This document shows positions 62,571 through 64,000 of a stretch of 64,000 nucleotides of DNA, piece by piece. The translations under genes and the position numbers were made by a program. The stretch is from the sequence record NC_021529.2; one strand, 5' to 3'. The notes under the pieces are model-generated. The model was not told the DNA's origin, made no database searches, and saw nothing but the letters and a program-made list of their open reading frames with translations. Numbering within the stretch: position 1 is the first letter of the stretch; the number at the start of each line of letters is the position of its first letter.

Positions 62571-63047
62571 ATGGCATATGAATCAGTATTCAACGGCACA
62601 AATCGTTATAAAGTTCTGCGTGAAGGCAGAGAATACATCAACAAAGTTGCTGAGCGTCATGGCGCAGTAGCAAACGGCATTTATGTGACAATGGATCATC
62701 ACATCGTTGATCGCATTATGGATCACTCGTTTCCAGCACGTGTGTTTGAAATCATCGTAGGTCGATTGATCAAAAATCACCAAGATGAAATTCTAAAACT
62801 AGCAAACATGCCAGCAGAAAAACGCCCGAAGCATATCAATGTATACGGCAACAAGCCAGATTCACCGTACATGGTAGGCATAACAGTAAACAAAGCACAG
62901 ACAGGTAAAGTTTATGTAAACTTACGTACGTGTTATAAAGAACGTAACAGTAAATATCGTCAACGCATCATCGAAGCATACAAGATTCGCGTGAAATCAT
63001 CATCTGAACTTGAGAACGCAGAAAGTGAGGTTGATTCAGATCAATAA
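62571..63047 (+). CDS. hypothetical protein
   Basis: GGAG SD; DHHIVDRIMDH motif. Confidence 0.65.
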   Translation: MAYESVFNGTNRYKVLREGREYINKVAERHGAVANGIYVTMDHHIVDRIMDHSFPARVFEIIVGRLIKNHQDEILKLANMPAEKRPKHINVYGNKPDSPYMVGITVNKAQTGKVYVNLRTCYKERNSKYRQRIIEAYKIRVKSSSELENAESEVDSDQ

Positions 63048-63080
63048 ATAGAAAACAATTAAACAAATGAGGGAATTTTG

Positions 63081-64000
63081 ATGCTTGTAGTGAAGTCTTC
63101 TGGCATTACAGAAGAATTTGAAAAAAGTAAATTGGCGCGTGTTTTAGTAGATGCTTGTAGAAACACAACAATCGACCCGTACCAATTACTTGACCGCGTT
63201 ATAGCTCAACTTAGCGACGGTATGACGAGCAAAGACATTCAAAAGGCAGCGATTAAAATCGCTGCCGATAGCATTTCAGTAGACGAGCCAGACTATCAAT
63301 ATGTCGCGGCTCGTCTTGCTATGTATGGTCTTCGCAAAGATGTATATGGGCAATTTGACCCAATTCCATTCAAACAACTAATCGAGAAAAACATCGAACT
63401 CGGTGTTTATGACCCTGAAATTCTTCAGAAATGGTCAGATTCAGAGATTGAATTCATTGAAACACAAGTTATGCACGAGCGTGATTTTGATTTCGCCTAC
63501 GCTGGTGTAATGCAGTTCAAGGAAAAATACTTGTGTAAAAACCGTGGTACTGGTGCAATCTACGAAACACCGCAATACGCTTACATGCTAATTGCAATGT
63601 GTCTGCACCAAGAAGAGAAATTCGACAGAATCAAGCACGTAATCAACTTTTACAACGCTGTATCAAATCAGAAACTTTCTTTACCAACCCCGATCATGGC
63701 AGGTGTTCGTACGCCAACTCGACAATTTAGCTCATGTGTTAAAATCGAATCTGGCGACTCTCTGCATTCAGTCAACAAAGTAGCCGAAGCAATCATCAAC
63801 TATATCAGTAAACGTGCTGGTATCGGTGTTAATGGCGGTGCTATTCGTGCTGAAGGCTCGGTTGTTCGAGCAGGTGAAATTCGACACACTGGTGTAATCC
63901 CATTCTGGAAACACTTTCAGACTGCTGTGAAGTCATGTTCACAAGGTGGTGTTCGTGGTGGTGCTGCAACGCTAACTTACCCGATTTGGCATTTAGAAGT
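63081..64000 (+). CDS. nrdA: Ribonucleotide reductase class Ia large subunit (5' part, runs off window)
   Basis: Translated by hand: ATP-cone N-terminus, PDYQYVAARL, IYETPQ, SLPTPIMAGVRTPTRQFSSC, SKRAGIG, HTGVIPFWK, SCSQGGVRGGAAT. Confidence 0.95.
   Translation, partial: MLVVKSSGITEEFEKSKLARVLVDACRNTTIDPYQLLDRVIAQLSDGMTSKDIQKAAIKIAADSISVDEPDYQYVAARLAMYGLRKDVYGQFDPIPFKQLIEKNIELGVYDPEILQKWSDSEIEFIETQVMHERDFDFAYAGVMQFKEKYLCKNRGTGAIYETPQYAYMLIAMCLHQEEKFDRIKHVINFYNAVSNQKLSLPTPIMAGVRTPTRQFSSCVKIESGDSLHSVNKVAEAIINYISKRAGIGVNGGAIRAEGSVVRAGEIRHTGVIPFWKHFQTAVKSCSQGGVRGGAATLTYPIWHLE

Noticed and set aside
438-62783. The many 60-130 aa antisense or nested ORFs in the track (e.g. 2050-2433, 2309-2677, 28904-29272, 29902-30303, 34291-34644)
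   Set aside because: They lie fully over better-supported genes, lack SD or promoter context, and show no motifs; treated as shadow ORFs.
1-64000. Integrase, transposase, intron/intein, rRNA or tRNA genes
   Set aside because: No supporting motifs seen; the visible part of nrdA is uninterrupted.

Overview
This window is about 64 kb of a large T4-related myovirus genome. The gene set and order (rIIA, rIIB, dda, NadM-Nudix, denV, NadR-like, pnuC, nadV, partial nrdA) point by inference to a KVP40-like Vibrio phage (Schizotequatrovirus). It holds about 140 densely packed genes, nearly all on the + strand and mostly small hypotheticals. They are driven by about 20 related sigma70-type early-promoter cassettes, many with a hairpin built over the -35 box. 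I saw no tRNA, CRISPR array, integrase or transposase. The most unusual locus is 17.4-19.9 kb. There, a 109-bp intergenic array of 8 co-oriented, helically phased DnaA-box-like 9-mers (3 perfect TTATCCACA) sits at an apparent strand-composition switch. It is flanked by five tiny membrane ORFs on the left and a gp32-like Zn-binding protein on the right, and a second mini-cluster of DnaA boxes lies inside pnuC. Other highlights are a nine-member tandem paralog family (20.4-24.6 kb), a three-way-junction RNA element with twin GACCAA/UUGGUC loops at a late-promoter start, candidate capsid-internal proteins, a K+ channel, a PagP-like outer-membrane barrel, an FG-GAP propeller and a glycosyltransferase/radical-SAM operon. 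Three genes appear broken by A-runs one base short, probably sequencing errors. All family calls come from motif recognition by eye; no database search was run.
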